Below the pieces are notes generated by a model, which ran no database searches, was not told the origin of the DNA, and worked only from the letters and a program-made list of their open reading frames with translations. From the NCBI GenBank assembly GCA_028534125.1, contig CM052818.1, forward strand, positions 36,086,001 through 36,150,000: a stretch of DNA of 64,000 bases, written 5' to 3'. Position 1 is the first letter of the stretch; every line of letters begins with the position of its first letter. A program made the position numbers and the translations under genes. The DNA is from Lama glama. Lineage: Eukaryota. This document shows, piece by piece, positions 12,776 to 26,600 of this stretch.

Positions 12776-14580
12776 CTCCTTTAAACCTTTTAGAACTCAT
12801 TTTCAAAGACAGGTTCAAGGTTCTTTACATTACAGTTATAACTCCTCTAGGAGTTCTTGACCATCCCACCACAGTTTAAGTATTATTTTTCTGTATGGTA
12901 AGCAGTTTCCAACCTGAAGTTTACAATACTTTTTGGGAAAAGAGTGAAGAAAACCAACTTGTACATGGGTGACATTTCCTCCTACCCAAGGAGAGTGTAG
13001 TGATAGGTGAAGTACAAGTGTGGTAACGGGTTTAAAGTTCCGTTGCAGTGAAACTAACATATAAAGAAAGAATGTGCACTATGAACGGCGGGAGGATGGT
13101 ATACAGTGGTAACATACAGAAAAGCTGGGAGTCAGAAGAGCAAAATTGACAGTGCCATTGAAAGCACTGTTGGAGGTTTGCCTGTCCCTACTGCCCAATC
13201 CTTGCTTGTCCCTGTCGTGTAGGTAGATGTATCAGACTGCCGATCCCTGATGCTGTTAAACATTCTAATCACAGTTAACATCCTTTGCTCACCACACAAA
13301 GATCTGGCCAAAATTTACTGATAGTTTCCTTTGTAGGAAGAAAAGTTCTTGTTTGTCTCGTAGCCATTGAATTTCTCATTGTAAATTAATACTGGATTTA
13401 CATACCAGTTTTCTGTTAGTACAGCTCACTTTTGGTGGTTATTCTGGGACAGTCATCTTTCTCTTTGAGCACATCCCATTCACTATGGTATGGTACCTTG
13501 TAACACTTCTTGGCAGCTAGTCAGCCAGCTTCTCAGGTAATACCTTCCACTGTAATACATTCCACTCTATACTTTCTTGTTCAAATGGCTTGTTTTTCCT
13601 CAGTCTTCTAAAAATATTAGTATTTAAATGACTTGGGTAAATAGATGAGTTACTAAATGGTTTTTAAGATAGTAGTGGTTTCCTGCAATGTTATAATCCA
13701 TGGTTTTAATTATTAAGTGCATTATTGTAAGTTTGTTAGGACTCCACTCTCCCTAATGATGCTACCCTCAAGATTCATGGAACAAATTGTTATTTTTAAA
13801 TTTATTCATAATAAGATAACTGAATTCAGGGTTCAGAATTATATTACACTCTTTTTCCTGGACATCCAGGAAGCCATTTATCAAACACTCACTGTATATC
13901 AGGCAGTGCACTGGATTATGTTTAATACTTTAAAAAAAAAAAAACTCCTGCGAAGTATTTTTACAGGTGAGAAATGTGAGACTTCAGAAGGTTAAATAGC
14001 TATTCCACAGTCTCAGCTAGGAAAATAGCAGAGTTGGAATTTGAACCCAGAATTCTTCATTTCCAAATTCCCTTCTCTTCCTAGTGCAGAATATTTGCTC
14101 AGCACACTTATGTTTAAATAAATATTTTTGTTTTATTGATTAAATAGTTACGCCACCATTATTTTGGATATTTTTCTCGCTTGGGGTTTTCTGAGGAAGA
14201 GGAATATTATGGATTTCCATGTTATTGTACACTTAATTTATACAATTGATTTCTCTGAAATTCTTGCCTAGTTATAACAACTCTCCTCTTTTCCAAATTA
14301 ATTTCTGTAAAATTGGTTCATGCCAGAGGTTTCCTTATTCATTATTTGCTGTTAAATATTTGATTGTTCTTTTTAAATGGTTTTACTTTAAAGGCAGCAC
14401 CATTACCCAACAAAATCTCCTGCCTTCCCCAAATTTAAATTCTGCCTGTTTAGCAGAAGCTCATTGTTTTCTGTTTTAAATGTGAGCTGAAGGGTCAAAC
14501 ATTCCCACTGCTTAGTGGCTACACTAAGCAGTGATCTGCCCTTGTTGTATTATTAATGGCACGATGTTTTCATGTTGCAG

Positions 14581-14595
14581 ATGGCTGAGAGCTAG
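14581..14595 (+). promoter_or_regulatory. 4-codon uORF (MAES*) in the 5' UTR part of exon 2
   Basis: ATG GCT GAG AGC TAG begins at the first base of the exon, 33 nt upstream of and in frame with the main ATG. Confidence 0.6.
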
Positions 14596-14613
14596 CAAGG
14601 AAAATTCAGGACC

Positions 14614-14644
14614 ATGATGGCTCAGTTTCCCACAGCTATGAATG
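14614..14644 (+). CDS. ITSN2: ITSN2 exon 2 coding part (exon starts 14581), [10 protein letters not shown](G)
   Basis: Acceptor catgttgcag ends 14580; accATGATGG start; donor G|gtaagc; 31 coding nt, phase 1. Confidence 0.96.
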
Positions 14645-17600
14645 GTAAGCAGCTTTATGCTTGTGGCAAGATAAAAAGGTTATAGGATTTTTTTTGTGGT
14701 TGAGGTTATAAAATATTCATTTAGATATTTTCCTTAAGCTTATAAATGCAAAACTTAAAGTATTCTTGTTGAAAATATTTGGATAATTTATTTCAGAACA
14801 TTGCATATATTTTCTATTAGAATATTATGCAGTAAATCCTGAGACTAAATATAAGCATATACTGCAGTATCATCTGGCATGTGTGCTTGCCTTTGCATGG
14901 CTAAGGAGAACCTAAAGGTATATCGTGTTTGATGCATAAAACTGGAGGACAAAAAACATGGTGCTGTAAGGTGGAGAATATTAAAGGTGTTTTTGACAGC
15001 ATACGTTGACTGTAAACTGATTAAACCACTAAAGATTCATTTAGTAATATGCATATAAAATTAGTTTGTTTGCCCTTTTATGAAGGATCATGTATGCCTA
15101 CATACATAATTGTTTAATAGGAAACATTTTAAAGGAAAATGTTGAGGCAATTTCAACAGTAAAACATTTTTAAGGTTTTTTTCTGCTTCTAGTTCCAATT
15201 CACTTCCCAAATACAAGTTAACCATCCTTAGTAGGTAAGAAGTTACTGTGTATGTCACTTAGAATTGAGAAAATGCATTGTATTTTTTGATTTTTTTAAG
15301 AAATCAGATATGCTGAGTTCTTAATTTTGAGGTGACTTTTATTAACTAATTATAAATACAAGGAAATAGAGGGTCCAGTCAATAATTCTTTAATATTTGA
15401 ATTGAAAACTGCAATATTGAAGAACAAGAGGGAAAAAAAGAGGAAAGAATCACCAATAATTCCACCACCTTCACAAAGGAATTGCGTTAATATTACCATC
15501 TATTATTTGATCAATTACATTTTTAAAAAACGTGTTCTCAGTCATAGGGCCAAAACAGTACATTGTTACTAAAGAAAATATATGTTGTATATCTAAAGTT
15601 TTAAGACTCCAGATTGATCTTGTGAGATCTACAAAAGTTTTGGAAAAATGAATTATTTGCATAAAATAAAAATAAGTTCTAGTTAGTGGTAGGATTCTGC
15701 CATTTAAAGATGGACTTGCGATAAGGGTTTTGTTGTTTTGTTTTTTTGCCTTTTCAGAACTCTTATTTAAGGATTAATGTAAGCATAGCTCCTATTATGG
15801 AAGTGGTGTGAGATTATAAAGATTATTTGATGCCAGGGAAAACTTTTTTAAGTAAAGTATTTTTTTTTCCATAATGAGTGATAAATATAAGTTTAGAATC
15901 AGGGTAATAATTGTAGTACCGATGTGCTGTATCCAAATTTGAGGATTTCTATGCCTTATACAAGGGAATTTGCTTTAAACATGTAGTTTAGTTATAAACT
16001 TCAACCAACATGTTAAGCAGATTGATAAACAAAATGAACATAAAATAAATCAGTACAGGCCTGGTCTTTTTTCATTTTGTTTCTTCCATTCTCTAAACAT
16101 TTGTATATCACTTTGTAGCTCATTGCATTATATACAAAATGTTGGAAACAAAATGTTCAGTAACAAAAAAGATTACTTGAGTAATTGTCTAAAATGTTGG
16201 ACAATTAATTTAGTAGTATATAGGAATATAGTAATTGTCTGAAACTTCTGAAGTATTGCTAGCTAATATAGACTGTGGTACCCTCCTACTTAGTTTATGA
16301 AAGAGTGGAAGATTAAAGATAATCTTGTATATATTTAATTTAAATTCAATTCAGGGTTTAAGATCTTATTAAAAGAATCATCCATGTATGACAGGAAACC
16401 TTCAGAAGCAGTGTTTGCTCCTGTAGTAAATTCTCAGTTATAGATTGTGTTAAATTTTTTCAGTGCACAATACTACTGGAACTAAGTGCCCTCCCTAGAC
16501 CAGGCTGTTTGTCTAAATGCTCTGACATAATCCTCAGGTTTTGCCATGTCTGCTTCATCATCCTGAGACTAACCACAGACAGACTTTTAGACTTTTGTGG
16601 TTCTTACAGAAGAGCTATGTTGTCTAGTATAGTAGCCAGTAGCTACCTATGGCTATTTCATTTAAATTAATAAAAATTAAGTAAAAAAAAATTGAGTTTC
16701 TCAGTCACACAGCCACATTTCAGGTGCTCACAGCCACATGTGGCTAATGGCTATAGTACTGGACAATGCAGGTACATCTTAGAAAGCTCTGTTGAACAGA
16801 TAGATATTCTTTCCTTAGTCTATTTGATGATTCACTTCCTATCTTCTTAACAGAACTAAAAAAGATCATTGCATCGTATTTTTACCACTTATAATATTTT
16901 ATTTCTGATTTCTTCTATACCAGCAAAATCATACTTGCCAAACCTTTTTTGATCATGGTGGGTTTGCTTTCTGCTTCTCAAAAATTAAGTGAAATTGTAA
17001 ATAAGGAGGGCATAATAATATGAGTGATAAGCAAGAGGTGACTTCAGATACATGTTGGTACCAGTTGATATCGCAATGTAATGTAGCTTGTTTAAGCCTC
17101 AGGATCTAGAGGTAGTTAAAGACTAGTTAAGTGACTAAGAAGTTCCTGAAGCCCATGACAGTGGCTCTGTCTAAAATCTGGAAGTGAGAAGAAAGAGAGG
17201 GAAAGAATAGGAACAGCTAGTGGCTTTAGGAGGAAAAAAATGCCATTTTTATTTTTAGAGCTTTATTACCTTTTTAGAATTTTAGAGCTCGTTATTCTTT
17301 TCAATTGTGTAAGTAAGAAATGTTGAACACTGGACCTTGTAGAATCAGCTGAGTGTTGGACTGCGTTTATAATAACCCAAGCATTTATTATTCAGGTACC
17401 TCCAGTTGAGGCTTTAGTTCTATCTAGACCAGTATACCAGTTGTATTTTAGAAATTTAAGTTAGTACTGGCTTAACATATGTCATTTGACTGTTATTTTG
17501 AACTGGACAAATACACCAATGAAGACTATTTCTGATATTTAATTTTTGTAGCATACAAGTGGGATATAACCTGTCTGAGTCATGTCTGTTCAGAGCTATA

Positions 17601-20600
17601 TGTTAGAATACTGCTCTGCCACTACCCAGCTATGCAGCTTAACCATGTGGAACTTATTTCTGTGTGTGTGTATGTACATATGTGTATGTATGCATATCTG
17701 TATATGTAAAATAGGGATGACAAGACTTACTGCACTTACTACATGGAATCTAGCATATAGTGGATGTTCTATAAATATGTATTTTTCCTTCTACATGAAC
17801 CATAAGAACATGTTTGACAGAGCCAGTAAATGAGATGAGAATAAGCAACAGAAATCTTTATGAAAATATCACATTCTCGATTGAATGATGACTTTGGGGA
17901 AGTGGGTAAAATTTTAATACATTTCTAAAGTAATCAGACAATGTAAAAGGTTTTTAGATTTTTAAGGCAATATTAAAAATCAACCCCCAAATCTGGCTTT
18001 CCTGCCTTTCTGTAAAGCTTATGGATAAATATAGACTAAGATTGGGAGATTTTTTACTTACAGTTCAAAATTTTAAGCTTTTGGCTCTTTAAAAGGTTCT
18101 GTTAGTATATAGTATATATTCTAAATAAGAAAGCCAGAATTGGAACAACAACTTTAAAATTGGCTTTGAATTACATGTATTTCATAGTCATCTTATTTCT
18201 ATGTAACTTTTCCTTCCTGTAAAATTCTTAGTGTGTTAATATCTTATTTTTTTTAATATCTTATGTTTTAATATGGTCATTTTTTTGAAGTCTCCAGATT
18301 TGAAGATTATTTGAATACTACTTAAAAAATTTTCCTTCATATATGCCTTAGAACATTTTTATTCTATTAGTAACATTAATCATAATAATACTTAATCATA
18401 ATTGTTGTGTATGACTCTCTTGGCTAGTGGAGTCCCTTAAATATTAGAAAGTCTGTGAGCTCATTTTAAATGTTCATTTTATTCGTCTTGGTACCCCTAG
18501 TCCTTGTACACATCGGTGCCCCATAAATGTTTGTTGAATGAATATATATATAAAGGTGTCAAGATTGCTAGCTGGAGTCGTGAGGAACTAAGCAGTAAAC
18601 ATTCTCAGATAGGCTGAGAAGACAGGTAGCTAAGGAAAGGTGAGGAGATAGTAGTATATAAGAAAGTGTTAGAAAGTGGTAAATGTTGACACAGCTATCC
18701 TTTCTGATACAACAGTGTCCTCTGTAGTCTTAGGATAGCAGTCTGTCACTGCCTGGGGACGTACACTGCTGTATGTTAGAGCAACTCAAGCCTTCCCAAC
18801 CAGACGGTTCAGACTTAAAATAGTCTTAAGATTTCTGACTAAAAAGCCTCACTTTCAGTATTTTCTGGCAAGAGTACCTTTATCATAAGGAGAAGTGCCT
18901 GGGAAAGATTCTGTTGCTCTGACTTCTCCTTAATTATATTGTTCCCTGGGTTTGGGTTGAGTAAGGAAACTAATTTATTGAGTATGCTCCATGTGACAGG
19001 CATGTGTTAGGTGCTTTATATTTTTGTTTTGTTTCAAGTTGGGTTTATTGAGGTATAATTCACCCTTTTTAATACAGTTTGATGAGTTTTTTACAAATAT
19101 ATACAATCATGTAAATAAGAATATATGGAGCATTTCTGTCACCTAAAAAGTTCCCTTTTCCCCTTCACCCTAATCTTAGCCACTGGCAGTCACTAATCAG
19201 ATTTCTGTTCCAGTAGTTTTGTCTTTCCAGAATGTCATATAAATGAAATATATAATAAGTAGCCTTTTGTGTCTTTGTGGCTTCTTTTAGTTAAGAGAAT
19301 ACTTTTGTTATCCATCCATGTTGTTTCGTATGTCTTTCTCTATTATTGTTGAGTACTATCCCATTGTATAACTGTGTATCACAGTTTGTTTACCCATTCA
19401 TCTGCAAAAGTCAGTTGAGTTAGACTTCCAGGTTTTTGGAACTTTAGACAGAATGTCTGAAGCCGCTGTAGCCATCAGATGACCAATTTTTTTATCTGGA
19501 AATAAGTATTTCTTTTGAGTGAATACCCAAGAGTTTATTTCTGGGTTGTATGGTAAAGGTATATTTAACTTCATAAGAAGTTGCCAAACTGTTTTCCAAA
19601 TTACCTCTTTGCCTTCCCACCAGCAATGTGTGAGAGTTTCAGTTGCTCAGCGTCTTTGCCAGCAGTCTTTAAAAAAATTTTTCAGACATTCTAATTGGCA
19701 TGTAGTGATACCTTACTGTGGTTTTAATATGCGTTTCCCTGATGATCAGTGATATTCAACATCTTGTCACATGCTTATTTGCCATCTGTATATTTTTGAT
19801 GTGTCTGTCTATTCAGGTCTTCTGTCCTTTTTTTTAGGCAGGGATTGTCTTCTTATTGAGTTGAATCTGTAGTTCCTTATATATGCTAGATATATGTCCT
19901 TTATCAAATATGTTTTGCAAGTGTTTTCTCCTAGTCTGTAGCTTGTCTTTTCATTTTCTTAAGTCTTTAAGCGACCAGAAGTTTTAGGTTTTAATGAAAT
20001 TCAGCTTATTAAAAATTTTAATGGTTTGTGCCAGTTTTGTTCTGAAAAGTCATTGCCTTATCCAAAATCAAAAAGATTTTCTTCTTTCTTTTCTTCAAGA
20101 AGTTTCATAATTTAGCCCTTTTATTTACATTACATATGATCCATTTAGAGTTAATTTTTGTATGTGGTACAAGTTTGAGATTCTTTTTTTTTCTGTACGG
20201 ATGTCCAGTTCTTTTAGCACCGTTTGTTGAAAAGACAGTTTTTCCCCCCATTGAATTATTTTGACATCTTTGTTGAAATAAGCTGACAATATACATCTAT
20301 TTCTTTTTAATTATCATCAAGGCAGATAGTTTAAGGCTCTTAATTAAAAGTCTGTATGGATTCCAGTCCTACCTTTAACATTTACTGATTTTGTTACCTT
20401 GGGTGTATTATTTAGTCTCTCCATGCCTGTTTTCTCCTCTGAAAAACAGTGATAGTAACAGTAGTTACCTCATGGAATTCTTGTGAAACTTAATTAAAAC
20501 AATACATGTAAAACTCTTAGAAAAGTACCTGACACATGATAAGCTTCACTGAATGTTAGCTATTCTTATTTTGTCAATCTAATAGATGAAAATGATACTT

Positions 20601-23600
20601 AGTATTATTTTAGTGTAGATAAATTACATATTATATGTAATCTTTACAACAACCCTGTGGAGTTAGATAACATTCCTAGTTTATGGAGGTGACAGTCAAG
20701 ACACAGAGAACGTGAGCATCTTATCTGTGTTCAGAGGGAGACAGTGTACCATAGAGTTCAGGCTACCTAGGTTCTAATCTCAGCTTTGCCACTTGTTAGT
20801 TGCCACCTTGAACAAGTTACTTCACCACCATGGGTTTTGGTTTCCTCATCTGTAAAATGGGGGTAATAGTAGCACCTAATGTGTGGGGTAGTGGTGGGAG
20901 TCGGTGAGTTACTGCCTAGAAAGTCCCTGACAGATAGGGCTCAATGAAGGTGAGTTGCTTACGTCTTTGACATCCTTTGTTGTTGCCATTATTTTTCAGC
21001 ATCATCGTCATTTTTCCAAAGTCATACAGTATTAAATCAGTTCTGTAGCCCACTACTTGCCTTCCCGGTCACAGGAATCATGACTGGTTAATTTTTTTAT
21101 TTTATAATAAACTAATAAGCCACGTAGGTTTTTTACTATGTGTATGGTATTTCTTTATTTAAAAGGTGTGTAGGTTTAGCTATTTAAAGTCTTTAGTTCT
21201 TCAGTACATCTGTTTCTTTATTTTTAACTCTAATCTTAAAACTTGTCTTTAAGAGAGGATGTTTATAGTTTTCTTTTTAAACATCCAGTCATTTAAGGCT
21301 AAGAAATATTTGTTAAATCAAATCCATCTAGTGTTTAAAATTATAGCGAGCACCTATATTTCAATGATAAGCATTCCTGGAAACAACTTTGTAAGGCAGA
21401 TTTTTGTGGACTATAGGCAGCAAATTTGTGTGAGTTTACATACCTAAACATATTTGATTTCTTATTGGTAGAAGCAGAGTAAACTGAAAAGGTAGTCAGA
21501 AGTGAAGTACAGATGATTATTAGCCATGTTGAATGAACTTTAAAGACCTCCTCACAGGGCTGATATAGCTATATGTGAAGGTTAGACAACAAAAAGATTT
21601 ATAACTGAGTTTTGTGTTCCCCCAAGTCCCCATCTTGCCTCTCTGCTTTGTCTCTGCTCCCTCTAATTTTTTCAGATGTTTATTCCTCAGTTATATTTTA
21701 AGTGTTTGCTCTGTGCTGGGTACTCTGCCAGTTCCACAAATTGAAAGATAAACACAAAGCTCTTGTCCTCCAAGGGCTCATGATCTGGTAAAGCAGATGG
21801 ATAGAAAACAATTACAGAACCTTTCTAAGTGCTCTACAGAAGCATGGAGAAGTCTCTTGAGAATCTAGAGGAGGAAGCAATTAATTTGACCTGCCGGTGT
21901 CAGGAACCTCCTGGAGGAAATGACACTTGCCCTAGACCTTGAAAGATAAAGTTTGAAATGGAAGAGGGTGATATGACAGTCCAGGTAAAGGGAACACAGG
22001 TCACAAGATGAGAAAAAGAATGTTATATATATATGGGATTTGTAAGGATTTACTTTTCTGAGGTAGGGATATACTACCAGCATTCTTGTTAGCCTTGGTT
22101 TTTGTTTTGTATTATTTTCTTTCTTATTGAATATTAAATAAATTTATAGTAGTGTCCCAATTACCATTTTCCACCTATTTGTTATATAATCAGTGTTCAC
22201 AAAATTTTTTTAAGATACATTGTCCCAAGGGAACATTTGGTTACTTTGACATGTAAAAGAGACCCATATTTTAATATTCAAATATCAATTTAGATATATC
22301 TCCTTTACATTTTGTTGCTTATTTTTAAATGACAAAAATAACACTGCTAAACTAAAATAAATATCAAAGTAATCAGGGAAGCAATGTGGTGTATAGTTAA
22401 GAGCAGAAACTTTGGAGTTATACTCTAAACTACAAAAAAAAAAATTTAGCTACAAATTAAATCAGCTGTATGGTGTTAGGCCCGTTATTTAACCTCCCTA
22501 GCTTTGTTTTTTTCATCAATAATATATATAAATGTAGCTCATGGAACTGTTGTAAAAATTAAATGTGGTAATATTAACATACTTATCATGGTTGCTGGCA
22601 TAAGGTAATACTCAGTAAATAGTAGTTGCTTCTTCTACCAGGTACTATTACTCTGCTAATGTTATTAGGCTTTAAAGATAAATGATAGAGAAGGTTGTTT
22701 TTCTGAGATAGCTGGTTAAAAGTTGAGAGAGTGGTAGGGTAAAGGGGGTTAAAAAAAGATCTTTTTATCTCTATGACAAAAAGTAAGATGAGATTAACGC
22801 ATCTTTTGACAGGATAGAATTGAGGGATATATGTGTCTTGCTTAGGAGAAAGAGACCACATAATTAATTCATTTTGACAGCTACCAGGTGTTGCCTTTGG
22901 ACAACACTGTTTGCTGGCTGGAAGGGTAGAGGTGGAACAGAATCTTCTGTGGAGGGATAGGAAGAAGAGGAGGCAGTGTGCAACTCTGGCTGCATAAAAG
23001 GATCACCTGGAGAGCTTTTTAAAAATTATGAAGCTTATGCCTAAACCCCCAGAGATTCTAATTTAATTGGTCTGCTGGAATAGCTTTTTTCCCCCTAAAG
23101 CTCACCAGATGATTCAGCCAGGAGTTGGAAACCTCTGGTATAGGAAGGACATTGACTAGTCAAGTATTGCCTGTGGCATGCATTATACTTTTGAAAGCTC
23201 CTTTACATACACCATTCTTACAACTCCTAGGTAAGGGTGAGGAAGGTTGAAGACCTGCTCAAGTCACCAAACTGGTTAGCACACAGGAGCAGAACCTCTA
23301 CTCGCTCCTTTATGCTTGTTTAGCTGTGGAAGGCAGAGGGTGAATGTGTATTTGGGGGTAGTGGGAAGTTGAGACTGGGTCTCATGTTCAGAGCAAATGG
23401 AAAGGATCATCAAGTCATTGTTTGCCATGGCTTGAGAGACCCTCAGACATTTTCAGGTTTAGTAAGCCATTCTCTGTTATACACCTCTGGTAATGAAAGT
23501 AATTTCCAGTATGGTTGATTCCCTCTCATATAGCATCGTGGTCCTGTTCCTAATTCCTGTAGGGAAGGCAAATAACCACTTCCTATTCTATGTAACATTG

Positions 23601-26600
23601 TAAAAACACTTAAAGTTGCTACTATGTGTTCTTTAATCTTTGATTTTTCAGGCTTACTATCTTTAGTTCCTTAACTACCTCATAGAATGTTTCTAGCCCT
23701 CTCATATCACCCTTTTCTCTGGAGCTGCTTTGTTGTTCCTGTTGAAATGTGCACTCATAACTCAATACTAAGTCTTGTTTCAAGATAATGATTTAAATTT
23801 AAGTTTTTGTCCTTTCCCTTCCTAGATCTCACTTAAATGATCAAAAAAGACATTTTTTAAAGAAAATCTGAGGTAGCTTTAGAAAGTAGAAAGGCACCAT
23901 CAGTGTACAAGAAACTTTGAAGAGTTTCTAGAAATCATGCAGCAGATTAGATAGAATTCAGCATAGGCATAGGAAGGTCATGTCTGGTAAATAAGTGGAC
24001 TGATGTTTTCCATAGAGCTCTAGAGTAAAGAGGACTGGAATGCAGAGTGGAACTTGGAACTGGTGGCAAATTGGAGAATTTCTGTGACTCCACCAATGCA
24101 GTTGGAGTAGTTTTCCACAGAATTTAACCTCAGACTTTACGGATGCAGACAGTACTCTAAGAACAGTAGGGCATTTGTTACAGAAATCAGATAAAATTTT
24201 AATGAACTACCAAAAGACAAGTGAGGGCCAGCAAGTCGATATGGAATAACTGGAGGCCACAGACACAAGGGGATTTCATACTTACTCACAGGCTGTTTCC
24301 TGTGGGCTGATGAGAAAGACTGGGGGCTGTACGAGAGACCAGCAAGAGCCCCCCCTCAGTGTTTCAGGCAGCTCTAGGGAGACGGGTATGAAATACCATG
24401 CATTTCCCTGCATCCTTTTTTCTTATTAAGTAAAAACCTTAAGCCACTGAGAGAGTCAGCAAAGACTCACCCCAAGGACACAGGCAGAGACACGCTGCTG
24501 CTGGGGTAGAAGGAAAACCTCTCTGCCTCTGAGGGAGGGGAAGGAAACCTTGTGCCTATGATTATGCCAATACTAAGCAGAGGTGTTAACTCCTACTACT
24601 ACTGAGGGAGCAGCAAGAAAGTGCTTCCCAAAACCAACCACAGCTACAAGGAGGGTTTGTATGCCCCAGAGTGGAGGGGCAGAACAGAGAAATACGTATG
24701 CCTGGGACTCAGCTGCACAGGGCCTGCCTAAGATGAGTGTGGATCGGGATCAAATAGTGGTCCAAGCCATTTGTTGGGGGATGGCAGGCTCAGCAGTTAC
24801 GTAAATTTAAGGTGCTTCCAGCAGTTTAGGAGGGCCACACCAGGGCGTTTTCCTTGGGGAAGACTCCAGGCCCCGTTCTGAAAGAGAAAAGTTCATTAAT
24901 GCTTCTTCCACTCCCATACCTTTCAGGGTCTAAGATGCTTCTCCTCAGATGCCTGCTTGTTGCTCTCCACTGCCACAAGATCTGAATGTCCCATATAGCT
25001 CTGACTTCACTGTTTTCTGGTGATCCATAAGGGTTAAGTGCAAGAGGGACAGGGACATTTTCGTAAACCCTAACCAAAATTAACTTTGGATCCTCTGGGT
25101 TCATTTTTAGCTGAGCTGCCACCTGAAGGATGTACCAGCCTGCCCACAGTTGCTTTTAGGAGAAACAAAGATGTGTCATGTCCAGGGATGGTTGGGGTAG
25201 AATCCTGAATTTTCGCATGAAAACTTCTATACCCCTGTGACTCCAACCCCTTTAGTCCCGATGATTAACCAGGAAACAACTGGGAGGTGATGATGATCCC
25301 TTTTGTGGGGACAGCACATTGAGTGGCCAAGTTGTCTTACTTTAAGGAGGTGTGAACCAGGAGGAGATGGTGAAAGTAGAGTTAGGCATCAGAAGTGCAC
25401 TGTTGTGAACAGCTTTTATGATAAATGATACATCAGTGTCAGAGGGCAAATAGTGGGGAAAGCCAAAAGCATGACACAGATTAGTTGCAAGGACCACAAC
25501 AGTGTGGACATCATGGGCTGACTGGTAACCTGAAAAAGTGTCAACAGTTGGGCACCAACAGCCCAAGAGGGAGATCAAAAGCTCGATGTAGTCAGTCTGT
25601 CAAGAGCCAAAAGGTGGCAATGCCTTGTGTAATGAGACTTCCCTAAAGAGGAATCATACGTCTGATGTGCAGTGGCATCAGAAACATAGAGTCAGACTTA
25701 ATCAGCAACTTGATTTCAGTCTAAATCAGAGAATGAGCCCTTGACATGGCTAGTTATATAAGTGACCCAGACCATTCAGTTAGCAATTAAAATTTGTTTT
25801 CAGTTTTCAGCCCCAAAGAGGATGTCTTTAATCTGTCAGTTGTAATTTTCCAAGTGGCAGACCAAACAGCTGGACCATTGGCAATAGCCCAAGAATCTGA
25901 GTTCTGCCCAGTAAAGAGAATGACTGTTTATCCTTGTGGCTGTGCGTAGATCTGAAGCTGAACAGTCATGGCAGCCCAGTGGACACCATCAGCTTCGGCT
26001 TCTGTGAACCATTAGTGAACCAGGCCGAGGCATTTTAGGGAACCTCATTGATCCAGTAACTTTGCTTCAGATGGTGGAGTAGGAATAAAGTTTCTCCTCA
26101 GAGAAATAGCTGCTAATTTTTCATGGAAAGCTAAGATGCTGATGTAGCCAGGCTGTCTTGTGTTCTTAAATATACCATTTCCATTTGACAAGCTTTGGGG
26201 GTCCTTCTCACCTTGCTAGTTGTAGAATTCAAGTTGACTCACCCCAAACTGGGACTGTCAGGCCAGAGAGTCACTAGGCCTGCATAGGTCAAGCATTCAG
26301 ACCAGGTAGAGGGTTTGCCAAAGGCTCCAATGGGCAGAATCTTCAGTAATAAAAATTGGAACTGTCTCTAATACTCAGAGTCTAATTTTTGTTGGGGTAT
26401 ACCAGCTAACCCTGCTGGTGGGGTTATTTAGTTTAGCCAGTAGTAGTATACTAGCATTAATATATGTGTTTTGACACATGTACTTTGGTTATGTAAATTA
26501 ACACAGTGGAAATTGGATGAAAGATATATAGGAACCCTGTACTATCTTTGCAGCTTTCCTGTAAATCTAAAAATATTCTAAATAAGAAAGTTGTTTTAAA

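Noticed and set aside
1..14580. Main ITSN2 promoter or CpG island
   Set aside because: The region is CpG-depleted throughout; the first exon probably lies upstream of the window.
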